From IMG/VR virus record IMGVR_UViG_3300037466_000352: a DNA stretch of 53,705 bases, one strand, 5' to 3'. Of the stretch, positions 9,679-18,200 are shown piece after piece (within the stretch, counting starts at the first letter, position 1; every line of letters starts with the position of its first letter). Source of the stretch: a virus. Taxonomy: Duplodnaviria > Heunggongvirae > Uroviricota > Caudoviricetes. Both the position numbers and the translations under genes were made by a program. The notes beneath the pieces are model-generated. The model saw nothing but the letters and a program-made list of their open reading frames with translations, made no database searches and was not told the origin of the DNA.

Positions 9679-9706
9679 ATAGACATACACCCACAGCCAC
9701 GTCAAC

Positions 9707-10255
9707 ATGTCCGACATCATTTCCCAGGCATCGTACAACCGCCCACAGTTGGGGTTGAAGCCACAGAAGTTCTATTTCATCGTACCGATGTTCCCTGATG
9801 TCACGTTCTCGGTACAGGAAGCCAACATCCCAGCAGTCACGCTCGGTGTCGCGTCGTATGATAATCCAATGCAGGACGTTCAGCTACCGGGCGAGAAGCT
9901 TCACTATCAGCCGCTACAACTTCGTCTGATGGTTGATGAACAACTGAAGACCTACATCGAACTGTATGGTTGGATGCGTCGGTTCGCCTTTCCGAACGGA
10001 CACCCAGACTTGTCAACTGCGGCGCTCGCTACGGCCAGACTACGCCCCGGTGATGATGTCTCCATGCCAATGTCCGATGTGTCTCTTGTGCCACTCGATT
10101 CGAACAACAACCCCATCGTTCAGTTCACGTTTCGTGGTGCGTTCCCTATTGCCCTCGGGGAACTGAAGTTCGACACGACCGAAGAAGGTCAGTCCTACCT
10201 GTACCTCGATGTCGAGTTCGCCTACACATACATGACCATCGACGCCGCTGGCTAA
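9707..10255 (+). CDS. gp3: tail tube terminator/tail completion protein
   Basis: FSVQEANIPAVTLG, PGEKLHYQPL, VDEQLKTYIELYGWM, AFPIALGELKFD; gp23-gp3-uvsY synteny. Confidence 0.88.
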   Translation: MSDIISQASYNRPQLGLKPQKFYFIVPMFPDVTFSVQEANIPAVTLGVASYDNPMQDVQLPGEKLHYQPLQLRLMVDEQLKTYIELYGWMRRFAFPNGHPDLSTAALATARLRPGDDVSMPMSDVSLVPLDSNNNPIVQFTFRGAFPIALGELKFDTTEEGQSYLYLDVEFAYTYMTIDAAG

Positions 10256-10277
10256 GAATTCCCAGATGTGGTATAAT
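10256..10277 (+). promoter_or_regulatory. extended -10 promoter (TGGTATAAT) with AATTCCCA box and no TTGACA
   Basis: AGAATTCCCAGATGTGGTATAAT upstream of uvsY. Confidence 0.65.
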
Positions 10278-10306
10278 GTGCATGCAGTGCAATCACAGAA
10301 GGAACC

Positions 10307-10747
10307 ATGAAGCTAGAAGATGTACAAAAGGATTGGGAGAAGGATTCTATCATAGACCAGACGAACCTCGGCTATGAAGCTACCAGGAATCCTCTTCTGC
10401 ACAGCAAGTATCTGAACAAGTTGTCAAACGTCAAGCTGCTGTTGCGAAAGGCCGAAGTCGATTACCTGAAGTTGCGCAAGGACAAGTATCGGTACTTCAA
10501 GGGTGAGATGACCAGGGATGAACTGGAATCCAGACAATGGGTTCAATACCAAGGTCGTGTGCCGCTGAAGACCGAGATGGAAGAGTACCTTACCACTGAC
10601 CACGACATGATCCGGTTGACAGACAAGATCGAATATCTGAAGGTCGTCAAGGAAACACTAGAGTCGATTTTGAAGGCTCTGGCGTCACGTGGATGGGAAA
10701 TCAAGTCCGCTATCGAGTGGGAAAAGATGCGGAACGGTTTGATGTAA
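10307..10747 (+). CDS. uvsY: recombination mediator
   Basis: W..DS.ID...L..E..RNPLLHSKYL and RGWEIKSAIEW motifs. Confidence 0.92.
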   Translation: MKLEDVQKDWEKDSIIDQTNLGYEATRNPLLHSKYLNKLSNVKLLLRKAEVDYLKLRKDKYRYFKGEMTRDELESRQWVQYQGRVPLKTEMEEYLTTDHDMIRLTDKIEYLKVVKETLESILKALASRGWEIKSAIEWEKMRNGLM

Positions 10748-10765
10748 TAGTGTTGTCTCCCGAAC

Positions 10766-10801
10766 AAAGCCCTGCTAAGTCCATGATTTAGTAGGGCTTT
10801 T
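10766..10801. terminator. bidirectional intrinsic terminator
   Basis: AAAGCCCTGCTAA-loop-TTAGTAGGGCTTTT. Confidence 0.8.
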
Positions 10802-10926
10802 GTGTATGTTGTCCACCTTTCCATCAATGTAAGTTCTTAGTAGAAAGTGTTTGACAAACAGGTTTTGATAGTGTTACTCTTCGTTCCAAGGTATCAGTCG
10901 ATGCCCCTAGACCATTGGGAGAGAAC

Positions 10927-11727
10927 ATGGCAACCACACAGCAAACCAAGCCGAACTTCGGCGGGCAGAACGCTGTTGTTCTGAAGCCGCTCAATCTGGG
11001 AACGGTGGGCGGTCTTCGTACACGTCGCACATCGGAACAGGTTCTTCAAGCCAAGATCAAGCGTCAGCAAGATTTGGCCGAGAAGGCGCAGAAGCGAGCA
11101 CAGCTTTTTCAACAACGGCAAGAACGAGCCGCACAACGTGCGGCCAAGGCCGAAGAGAAGGCACGTGAAATCGCAGAAGCAGCAGTACGTAAGCAACAGG
11201 AGGAAGCGGATCAGCGGGCCGCAGAAGAGGCCCAACGCGCCGCGATTCAATCTGGGGCCGACGTGCATGCAGCCGAATCGAAGCCGTCTACGATCATGGT
11301 TGTCGAAAAGACACCTGAAGTCGAAAAGACGCTGAAGGACATCACGCGGGACTTTGATCGATTCTACAAGCACATCTTTGACACGTATGGTGTTCAGTTC
11401 GAAGGGACTGTTCCCGAACTTGTCAAGCGGGGCTACATCTCCGTGAAGATGCGCGGCTACCTGCAACCGCAACGCAAGCCGGTGGAACCGACATCGACCG
11501 ACACGGGTATCGCTCGCGAAGCCGTTCGCTTCATGCAGTTCTACAAAACTGTCGGATTGACCCCGGCGTGGTTGAACAAGGAAGTGCGGATCAAGGACGA
11601 TTCGAACATCTACGTCCTGACCGGTCTGCGCGGCAAGGCCCATTCCGTGGTGCTGCGTCGCAAGGACGATCCGGCACAGGCGTTCACCATCGCGGCGGCG
11701 GACTTTAAGAAGGTGTTGCAGCCCTGA
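10927..11727 (+). CDS. hypothetical protein with charged coiled-coil N-half
   Basis: GGAGAG RBS before ATG 10927; TTGACA at 10851. Confidence 0.7.
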   Translation: MATTQQTKPNFGGQNAVVLKPLNLGTVGGLRTRRTSEQVLQAKIKRQQDLAEKAQKRAQLFQQRQERAAQRAAKAEEKAREIAEAAVRKQQEEADQRAAEEAQRAAIQSGADVHAAESKPSTIMVVEKTPEVEKTLKDITRDFDRFYKHIFDTYGVQFEGTVPELVKRGYISVKMRGYLQPQRKPVEPTSTDTGIAREAVRFMQFYKTVGLTPAWLNKEVRIKDDSNIYVLTGLRGKAHSVVLRRKDDPAQAFTIAAADFKKVLQP

Positions 11728-11801
11728 TTGAAGTGCGGTACATTCGTCTGACCGGTTGACGCACCACAGCAAGCCCGCACGCCGTTGACCGGATTGCTCC
11801 A

Positions 11802-11845
11802 AGGCCGATCTGCATACATAAAAGTTGCAGATCGGCCTCTTTTTG
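11802..11845 (+). terminator. intrinsic terminator
   Basis: AGGCCGATCTGCA-loop-TGCAGATCGGCCT followed by CTTTTTG. Confidence 0.75.
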
Positions 11846-11849
11846 TGCC

Positions 11850-11857
11850 CATAAATA
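11850..11857 (+). promoter_or_regulatory. late promoter (CATAAATA) for the ART cassette
   Basis: 27 nt upstream of ATG 11884. Confidence 0.65.
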
Positions 11858-11883
11858 TTGACAAATTCCTAAAAGGGTGCTAG

Positions 11884-12705
11884 ATGCTGAAATTCAAACA
11901 ATTCGTGACAGAGCAAGCAAAGCCTGTCGAACAGGGGAAGGTAGACGCATCCGGCCTTCCGTGTGCTCTCGTCAACTGGCGTAGAAACGGCGCTATTGGC
12001 CCGGACGGCGTTCCCGCTGCCCTGATAACCAAGCCCACTCGCAAGCCCGTCCAAGAGAAGATGGACGCGCCAGAAACCCACGAACACCTTGGCGGCTACT
12101 ATGGCGACAAAGAAGAATGGGATGAAAAGTGGGATAACCATATGCCCGGTCATGAACTCCATGACCATTTGGTGAAAACGGACAAGTCTGCCGGTCGAGA
12201 CATTGAGGATGTGAAATCCTACACGCGCGATTCCTCATCGCTGAACCGGCATCTGTACAACCGTCACGTCGATGGTGAACAGCACGACGATACGGTGAAG
12301 AGCATCAACGTCAAGTCCTTCGACAAGACTGTTGGTCGGAATAAGCTGAAGCACGATATGCACGTCTATTCTGGTGTCACGTGGCATCCGGGCGAAGTTG
12401 CCAAGCAACACCCAGACCGACACGTCCATCTACCTGCATACACGTCTACGACGCTTTCCAAGGATGTCGCACACTCGTTCGCCACGGGCGACAGTGAAAA
12501 CGCAACACACGTGATCCACTTCCATCTGAAGAAGGGGCAACCGGGCAAGTACGTCGAGCACCACACCGAGAATCCTGGCGAACACGAATTCATCATGCCT
12601 CGAAACACGACCATCAAGATTCATCCACGTCCTGATCGCTATGAGGATGCGATTAGCGGCAATGTGACACACGTCTGGCACGCACACGTGGTAAGCAAAG
12701 AATGA
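11884..12705 (+). CDS. ADP-ribosyltransferase, Alt/VIP2-like (R-S-E class, R replaced by S), with capsid-targeting-like leader
   Basis: YTRDSSSLNRHL, HVYSG, AYTSTT, GEHEFIMPRNT; leader MLKFKQFVTE. Confidence 0.8.
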   Translation: MLKFKQFVTEQAKPVEQGKVDASGLPCALVNWRRNGAIGPDGVPAALITKPTRKPVQEKMDAPETHEHLGGYYGDKEEWDEKWDNHMPGHELHDHLVKTDKSAGRDIEDVKSYTRDSSSLNRHLYNRHVDGEQHDDTVKSINVKSFDKTVGRNKLKHDMHVYSGVTWHPGEVAKQHPDRHVHLPAYTSTTLSKDVAHSFATGDSENATHVIHFHLKKGQPGKYVEHHTENPGEHEFIMPRNTTIKIHPRPDRYEDAISGNVTHVWHAHVVSKE

Positions 12706-13370
12706 AGACCTTCAAACAGTTCAGAATTGACGAAGCACAGGCCACGGAAGACATCAAGCAGATGACCTTCTACCACGGCACTACCAAGCGTGAACATGCC
12801 CTTGGAATCGCTAAGAACGGCATCCAGCCGGGTGTCACGAAAGAGAAGCCCGGTAAGAATGGTATGATGACACCGGTCGTGGGGAAGACCTATGCAACAC
12901 CACACATCGGTTATGCACAGACGTATGCACTCGGTGGTGCTGTTGCGGGTTCGAAGACCGGTGGCGACTGGCTGAAGAAGTCGCACGGTGAACACGGTTA
13001 TGTCTTCGCGATCCACGGTCATGAACTCGGTCACGTGCAGCCAGACGAAGACAGCGTTGGTGAAGCGGTCCACAAGGGCACACATGGCTGGCTGAACCAT
13101 ATGGCACGTACACACCTGACGGACGGCCAGCAACGGCGTATCAAGGACGGTGAGTACGCAGAGTACGCACGGTCTGGGAAGAAGCTTGTGAAGAAGATGT
13201 CGGATAGTGAGAAGCTATCTCTGATCCGTGGCGGCGCACACGTCGCGCATGAAGGCCCGTTGAAGCCGCACGCGGTCTATCGCATCCATCGTGACAAGAT
13301 TCCGCTTCTCAAAGATGATGGTTCGAACTTCTTCGACCACGCAGAGAAGATTGATCCGAAGGACATCTAA
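12702..13370 (+). CDS. ADP-ribosyltransferase-fold protein, H-Y-D/E class, with capsid-targeting-like leader
   Basis: FYHGTT...IAKNGIQPG, KTYATPHIGYAQTYA, YVFAI, QPDED; leader MKTFKQFRIDE. Confidence 0.62.
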   Translation: MKTFKQFRIDEAQATEDIKQMTFYHGTTKREHALGIAKNGIQPGVTKEKPGKNGMMTPVVGKTYATPHIGYAQTYALGGAVAGSKTGGDWLKKSHGEHGYVFAIHGHELGHVQPDEDSVGEAVHKGTHGWLNHMARTHLTDGQQRRIKDGEYAEYARSGKKLVKKMSDSEKLSLIRGGAHVAHEGPLKPHAVYRIHRDKIPLLKDDGSNFFDHAEKIDPKDI

Positions 13371-14113
13371 TGAAGACGTTCACACAGTTCATCAAAGAAG
13401 GCACAGACATGGGAGCCGTGGTCAACGGTGTCCCGTGTGCTGTGGCCGAATTCCCACGCAAGAAGGTCAGTGAACAGTTCCCACATTGGGTCGGTAAGGG
13501 CCATGAAGGCGACACCAATGACTTCCTTGACTCGAATGACAACGAGGAACACGGTGGCGTCTCTGGCGTTCACGAAAGCCTGTCTGCACACGATCATCAC
13601 GACGAGCAAGATGAATCTAATGTCCACTGGTACACGGCGAACTCACGACAGCGCAACGAGTACTTGTATCGTTCGCACGTGCAAGGGAATCCAGTTAAGG
13701 CCAAGACATCGATGGACGAAACGTTAGAGAAGAATCGTCTACCGCACGATCTGCATGTGTACTCGGGCGTCAATTGGAATCCCGGTGATGTCTCGGCGAA
13801 GCACTCAGAAGGACACGTGCATCTCCCGGCCTACACGTCCACATCAACCGATCCAGAAGTGGCCCACTCGTTCGCTCGGGACCACGCCGAGGCAGAACAC
13901 GGTAGTGCAGACGAACACCATGTGATCCACTTCCACCTGAAGAAAGGTCAGCAAGGTAAATATGTCGGTCACACATCCGAAGTCCCTAATGAGAGTGAAT
14001 ACATCTTGCCTCGGAACACGACGATCAAGGTACACCCAAAGCCGGATGTCTATACGCACCCATACAACGACGAGAAAACGTTTGTGTGGCATGCGCATCC
14101 GGTTTCAGAATAA
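13370..14113 (+). CDS. ADP-ribosyltransferase, Alt/VIP2-like paralog of 11884..12705
   Basis: HVYSG, AYTSTS, HVIHFHLKKGQ, NESEYILPRNT; leader MKTFTQFIKE. Confidence 0.8.
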   Translation: MKTFTQFIKEGTDMGAVVNGVPCAVAEFPRKKVSEQFPHWVGKGHEGDTNDFLDSNDNEEHGGVSGVHESLSAHDHHDEQDESNVHWYTANSRQRNEYLYRSHVQGNPVKAKTSMDETLEKNRLPHDLHVYSGVNWNPGDVSAKHSEGHVHLPAYTSTSTDPEVAHSFARDHAEAEHGSADEHHVIHFHLKKGQQGKYVGHTSEVPNESEYILPRNTTIKVHPKPDVYTHPYNDEKTFVWHAHPVSE

Positions 14114-14115
14114 AC

Positions 14116-14140
14116 AAAAGCCCGCCAAGTGCGGGCTTTT
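14116..14140. terminator. bidirectional intrinsic terminator between the ART and ARH units
   Basis: AAAAGCCCGC-caagt-GCGGGCTTTT. Confidence 0.85.
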
Positions 14141-14143
14141 GCG

Positions 14144-14254
14144 TTATAGAACTCGGAGACTTCGATACCACGTCTTACATTGCGGACACCACAGGGTTCC
14201 ATCGAGCCATTTGAATCCGGCGCAGCACTTCTTTTCCTGGTTAGACGTGTTCAT
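14144..14254 (-). CDS. 36-aa Cys-rich peptide (possible Zn ribbon)
   Basis: MNTSNQEKKCCAGFKWLDGTLWCPQCKTWYRSLRVL; overlaps the ARH 3' end and stops at the terminator. Confidence 0.5.
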   Translation of the reverse strand: MNTSNQEKKCCAGFKWLDGTLWCPQCKTWYRSLRVL

Positions 14255-15137
14255 GAAGTTCCAGTAGGTCTTGCACGTAGCGATTGTCAAGGGAAGGTTG
14301 AATGAATTCCATCCACTCGCGCGGAAGGTCTTCCAGACCGAATACGAGGGCCGCTATGCCGCCGACGACACACGCGTTCGTGTCGGTATCGCCGCCGTAC
14401 AGAATCGCCCTCTTGATCGATTCTGCGAAGCTGTTGGTGTGCTCGATACAGTCCTTGACGATGTTCAAGGTGTCGATCACATAGCCAGACCCGAAGTCCT
14501 GCTGGTCCGGGTTTGGGGACCATTCAAGAAGTTCTGCAACCAGACCCCACAGGGTTTGAAACGTCTCGGGGGTGATCTTGGTAGGCTGATCCGCGATCAT
14601 CCGTGCCAAGAGGCAATAGAACTGACACGACTTGATGGCTTCTTCACTGTTGTGTGTGATAGCGCTACACTGCCACGCCATGACCTTCATCGAGTCGATG
14701 TCCGTCGCCAGAAATGCAATCGGCAGGACTCGCATCAACGAACCATTCCCCGACATCCGTTCATCATGAATCTTGATGTCGTTGTGGCGTGCGTAATACA
14801 AAAGCTGGCTGGCGGTCTGCATACCTTCATCGAACTGACGACCGCTGACCCAATACTTCCCGTTCCGCCACAAGATCAAGTCTTGATAGAACGGGTTCGG
14901 GTCTGCCGGGTGTTCGCTGAAGTTCGCGTCCACACAAAGCTGTTGACTGAAGTCGTCTGAATAGACGCCCAGCGGTACACCATACGTCTTGTATTCGGTG
15001 TCGATACTGCATGGGTGGTCGATGTAGCTCGGGTTGATCGCATGGTCCGACTTGAACTCATGCGGCACACCCAACGCATCCCCGATCAACGCGCCCAGCA
15101 TGGCGGTCTGCTTCCTGTTCAGCTTGGTCACGTCCAT
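14241..15137 (-). CDS. ADP-ribosylglycohydrolase (DraG/ARH family)
   Basis: GALIGDALG, YSDD, GNGSLMR, GGDTDTNA motifs; GGAG RBS; TGGACA-N17-TATGTT upstream (15197-15169). Confidence 0.92.
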   Translation of the reverse strand: MDVTKLNRKQTAMLGALIGDALGVPHEFKSDHAINPSYIDHPCSIDTEYKTYGVPLGVYSDDFSQQLCVDANFSEHPADPNPFYQDLILWRNGKYWVSGRQFDEGMQTASQLLYYARHNDIKIHDERMSGNGSLMRVLPIAFLATDIDSMKVMAWQCSAITHNSEEAIKSCQFYCLLARMIADQPTKITPETFQTLWGLVAELLEWSPNPDQQDFGSGYVIDTLNIVKDCIEHTNSFAESIKRAILYGGDTDTNACVVGGIAALVFGLEDLPREWMEFIQPSLDNRYVQDLLELHEHV

Positions 15138-15190
15138 CGCTGATTCTCCTGACTAAGTAGTGGGTAGAAACATAACACAAACCCACACGA

Positions 15191-16732
15191 ATGTCCACAG
15201 TTGATATTGAAATCTTTCCCAAGGATGCGAACTACGTCCGCGTCAAGTGTTCTCCCGACATTGCGCATGAATTGTCGCAGCACTTCTCGTTCGAAGTTCC
15301 CGGCGCAAAGTTCTCGAAGCTGTACAAGACAGGCGCATGGGATGGTCGTACAAAGTTGTTCAACAAGATGACCAGGGAAATCTATTACGGATTGGTCCCC
15401 TACATCTTCAAGTACGCCAAGGACTGTGGATACACGGTTCTCGATCACGCAAGCCTGCCGGAAACCGAACACATCACCTACGAATTGATCGAGAAGTTCA
15501 TGCACGCCCTGAAGCTTCACAGTCAGGGCAAGCCCATCGAAATTCGAGATTACCAGATCGAGGCCATTGTCACAGCACTCCGATATAACCGCCGCCTGCT
15601 GCTGTCGCCTACCTCTTCGGGTAAGTCGCTCATCATCTACGGTATCGTGCGCTGGTACAGCCTACAGAGTAAAAAATTCCTGTTGCTTGTACCCAACAAA
15701 AGCCTTGTGGCCCAACTGTTCAAGGACTTTGCCGACTACTCGTCCGAAAACGGCTGGGATGTCGAGGCCAACTGCCACATGATCTATGGCGGTCAAGAAA
15801 AAGTTTCAAGCAAGCCCATCATTATATCAACATGGCAATCGTTGTACAAGATAGGGAAAGGCATACCTAAAGCTGGACGGGTCGAGTCCGATATACCTAC
15901 CAACTACTTCGATCAATTCGACGTGGTGATTGGGGACGAAGCCCACTTGTTTAAGGCTGCGTCGATTGTTGGCATCATGACTCGTTGCGGAAACGCAACA
16001 AAGCGAATCGGTACGACCGGGACGTTGGACGGGTCCGAGACGAACAAGTTGGTATTGGAAGGTCTTTTCGGTACGGTTCACCGGGTCACGACGACCAAGG
16101 AACTGATGAAGACCGGACAAGTTGCAGACCTCACAATCAAGGTGTTGCAACTGGTGTACCCAGATGCAGTAAGGAAAGCGGCAAAGGACCTGAAGTACGA
16201 CCAGGAACTTGAATACATCACCACAAATCCGGCGCGCAACCGCTTTATCACAAATCTAGCGGTAGCGCAAGAAAAAAATACTCTCATTTTGTTTCAGCAC
16301 GTAGCACACGGCCAGAAACTCTATGATAGTATTACCGATGTGGTCGGAGATAATCGGAAAGTTTTTCTGGTCTACGGCGACACGGAACTGAATGATCGAG
16401 AGTTGGTGCGGTCACTGACGGAGAAGAGCGAAGGCGTAATCATCATCGCGTCTTACGGAACTTTTTCGACAGGCGTCAACGTTCGGAACATCCACAACGT
16501 TATCTTTGCGTCCCCGAGTAAGAGTAGGGTTCGTAACTTGCAGTCGATAGGGAGAGGTTTGCGTCTGGGGGTAGGCAAATTGGCATGTACGCTGTACGAC
16601 ATCGCCGACGACCTCTCATGGAAGAAAAGAAAGAATTACACGCTTTTGCACATGGTTGAACGGCTGAAAATCTATGCCGAAGAGAAGTTGACGTACAAAA
16701 TCATTCAAGTACCATTTGGGACCGGAATATGA
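15191..16732 (+). CDS. uvsW: DNA helicase (SF2)
   Basis: FSFEVPGAKF, WDG, SPTSSGKS, GDEAH, GTTGT, QSIGRGLR. Confidence 0.96.
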   Translation: MSTVDIEIFPKDANYVRVKCSPDIAHELSQHFSFEVPGAKFSKLYKTGAWDGRTKLFNKMTREIYYGLVPYIFKYAKDCGYTVLDHASLPETEHITYELIEKFMHALKLHSQGKPIEIRDYQIEAIVTALRYNRRLLLSPTSSGKSLIIYGIVRWYSLQSKKFLLLVPNKSLVAQLFKDFADYSSENGWDVEANCHMIYGGQEKVSSKPIIISTWQSLYKIGKGIPKAGRVESDIPTNYFDQFDVVIGDEAHLFKAASIVGIMTRCGNATKRIGTTGTLDGSETNKLVLEGLFGTVHRVTTTKELMKTGQVADLTIKVLQLVYPDAVRKAAKDLKYDQELEYITTNPARNRFITNLAVAQEKNTLILFQHVAHGQKLYDSITDVVGDNRKVFLVYGDTELNDRELVRSLTEKSEGVIIIASYGTFSTGVNVRNIHNVIFASPSKSRVRNLQSIGRGLRLGVGKLACTLYDIADDLSWKKRKNYTLLHMVERLKIYAEEKLTYKIIQVPFGTGI

Positions 16733-17235
16733 CCACTTTCGATGACACGACTGCATCATCGTTGGATCAACAAGAAGTTGAAGATCAACAAGAATACGAA
16801 GAGCGGGGTCAGTTCCACCTTCGAGGAATCAAGTTCTTCGGTGGTGAAGAGGTAGTTTGTGCCGTGCATGAGAATGACACGGACTGGACGATGCGAAAGC
16901 ACATCGTGATGTATGACCCGATGGTGTACGATTCGTTGGGTTATTTCCAACCGTGGGCAAGAACTGCTGACGAGTCGGGCCATACGATCCAGACCGCGAA
17001 CATCCTGTCGATGTACGAAATCCACGATAGCATCGCGACTAAATACACTGAGGCCGGTAAAAAGAACGCTATCGCCCTACTTAGGGAAGACCTGAAGGAC
17101 CCGGACTTGACCGATGAAGAACGAGAACAGATCGAACGTGACATCTACGAGATGATCGACTCGGACGAAACCATCGATCTACCGGAACCGCCTGAGATGT
17201 TCCGCTATCTCGAAGTACCCAAGTCGGTACATTGA
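16729..17235 (+). CDS. hypothetical protein following uvsW
   Basis: Coupled ORF; IKFFGGEEVVC segment. Confidence 0.65.
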   Translation: MTTFDDTTASSLDQQEVEDQQEYEERGQFHLRGIKFFGGEEVVCAVHENDTDWTMRKHIVMYDPMVYDSLGYFQPWARTADESGHTIQTANILSMYEIHDSIATKYTEAGKKNAIALLREDLKDPDLTDEEREQIERDIYEMIDSDETIDLPEPPEMFRYLEVPKSVH

Positions 17236-17397
17236 ACACGCGAAGCGTTGCCCGCCTTGTGCGGGCCACATCTTGCGCTATTGTACATAGTTGGTTATAA
17301 TTAGTAACTAGTTCGGCGCTTCGCGCATCTCGCTGCGCGAGAACCACTGGTTTGTTCGACTAATAAGTTCAACTAGTTACCATAAACCCGAAAAACC

Positions 17398-17426
17398 ATT
17401 ATACCAATGGTGGGAATTCTTGTCAA
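17398..17426 (-). promoter_or_regulatory. consensus sigma70 promoter, leftward
   Basis: TTGACA-agaattcccaccattgg(17)-TATAAT on the minus strand. Confidence 0.8.
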
Positions 17427-17485
17427 GACATTTCTTCACCTGACCCGCCACATCCGTTGCCCAAACACGACAGTTCCTACAGGGA

Positions 17486-17514
17486 TTGACATGTTTGGGC
17501 ATTTGCTTTATAAT
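17486..17514 (+). promoter_or_regulatory. consensus sigma70 promoter for gp55
   Basis: TTGACA-N17-TATAAT. Confidence 0.8.
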
Positions 17515-17567
17515 GTCTCTTACATCATTGAGAAGCACATACATCATGGAGAACCCGGCACTATGAA

Positions 17568-18197
17568 ATGAACCTGTACGAATACCAATCCCAAGAAGAT
17601 CAAAGTCTTGTCGAAGCACCCGTCGAGTACCCGGCTGACATGATGCCGGAACTGCCGCCCGAGAAGGTACATTACGTCAATAACGACGAGATGTTGGCGG
17701 CGTGGCTGGTCTACCAGGAAGACCGCAAGAAGGCGCAGGCCGAAGGCAAGCCCGATCCGGTCGTGCCGCGATTCCTCGCCGATTGTATCCTGAAGATTTG
17801 CAACCACACAGCATATAAGCACAACTTCATCAACTACTCGTTCCGTGACGAGATGATTCTTGACGCCATCGAGAATTGCTTGCGTGGCATCAATTCGTTC
17901 AATCCATCAACCTCGAAGTACATCTTCAGCTACTACACGACGGCAGCATGGAACGCGTTCATCCGACGCATCCAACGTGAAGCAAAAGAAGCTGCGATCA
18001 AGGGTAAGATGATTTGCCAGATGGACATTGATGATCTGGTGCGACAAGAACACGACAACGGCGAGTTCCAGACGAACTTGATCGAGTACATGAAGCAGGC
18101 CCACGACTATCGTGAAGCACATGAAAAACGTGGCAAAACTGAACTCAAAGAAAAGCCCATGCCGGTTGCAGAGAACGCACTGGTGTTCGACGAATAA
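17568..18197 (+). CDS. gp55: late-transcription sigma factor
   Basis: HYVNN, NFINYSFRDEMILDAIENC, FNP, YYT..AWNAFIRRI. Confidence 0.94.
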   Translation: MNLYEYQSQEDQSLVEAPVEYPADMMPELPPEKVHYVNNDEMLAAWLVYQEDRKKAQAEGKPDPVVPRFLADCILKICNHTAYKHNFINYSFRDEMILDAIENCLRGINSFNPSTSKYIFSYYTTAAWNAFIRRIQREAKEAAIKGKMICQMDIDDLVRQEHDNGEFQTNLIEYMKQAHDYREAHEKRGKTELKEKPMPVAENALVFDE

Positions 18198-18200
18198 CCT

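Noticed and set aside
10894-11802. 302-aa antisense ORF fully overlapping 10927..11727
   Set aside because: Typical antisense shadow from codon bias; the + ORF has the promoter, RBS and terminator.
17501-17510. T4 MotA-box match ATTTGCTTTA
   Set aside because: It overlaps the -10 instead of lying near -30, and the promoter has a perfect -35.
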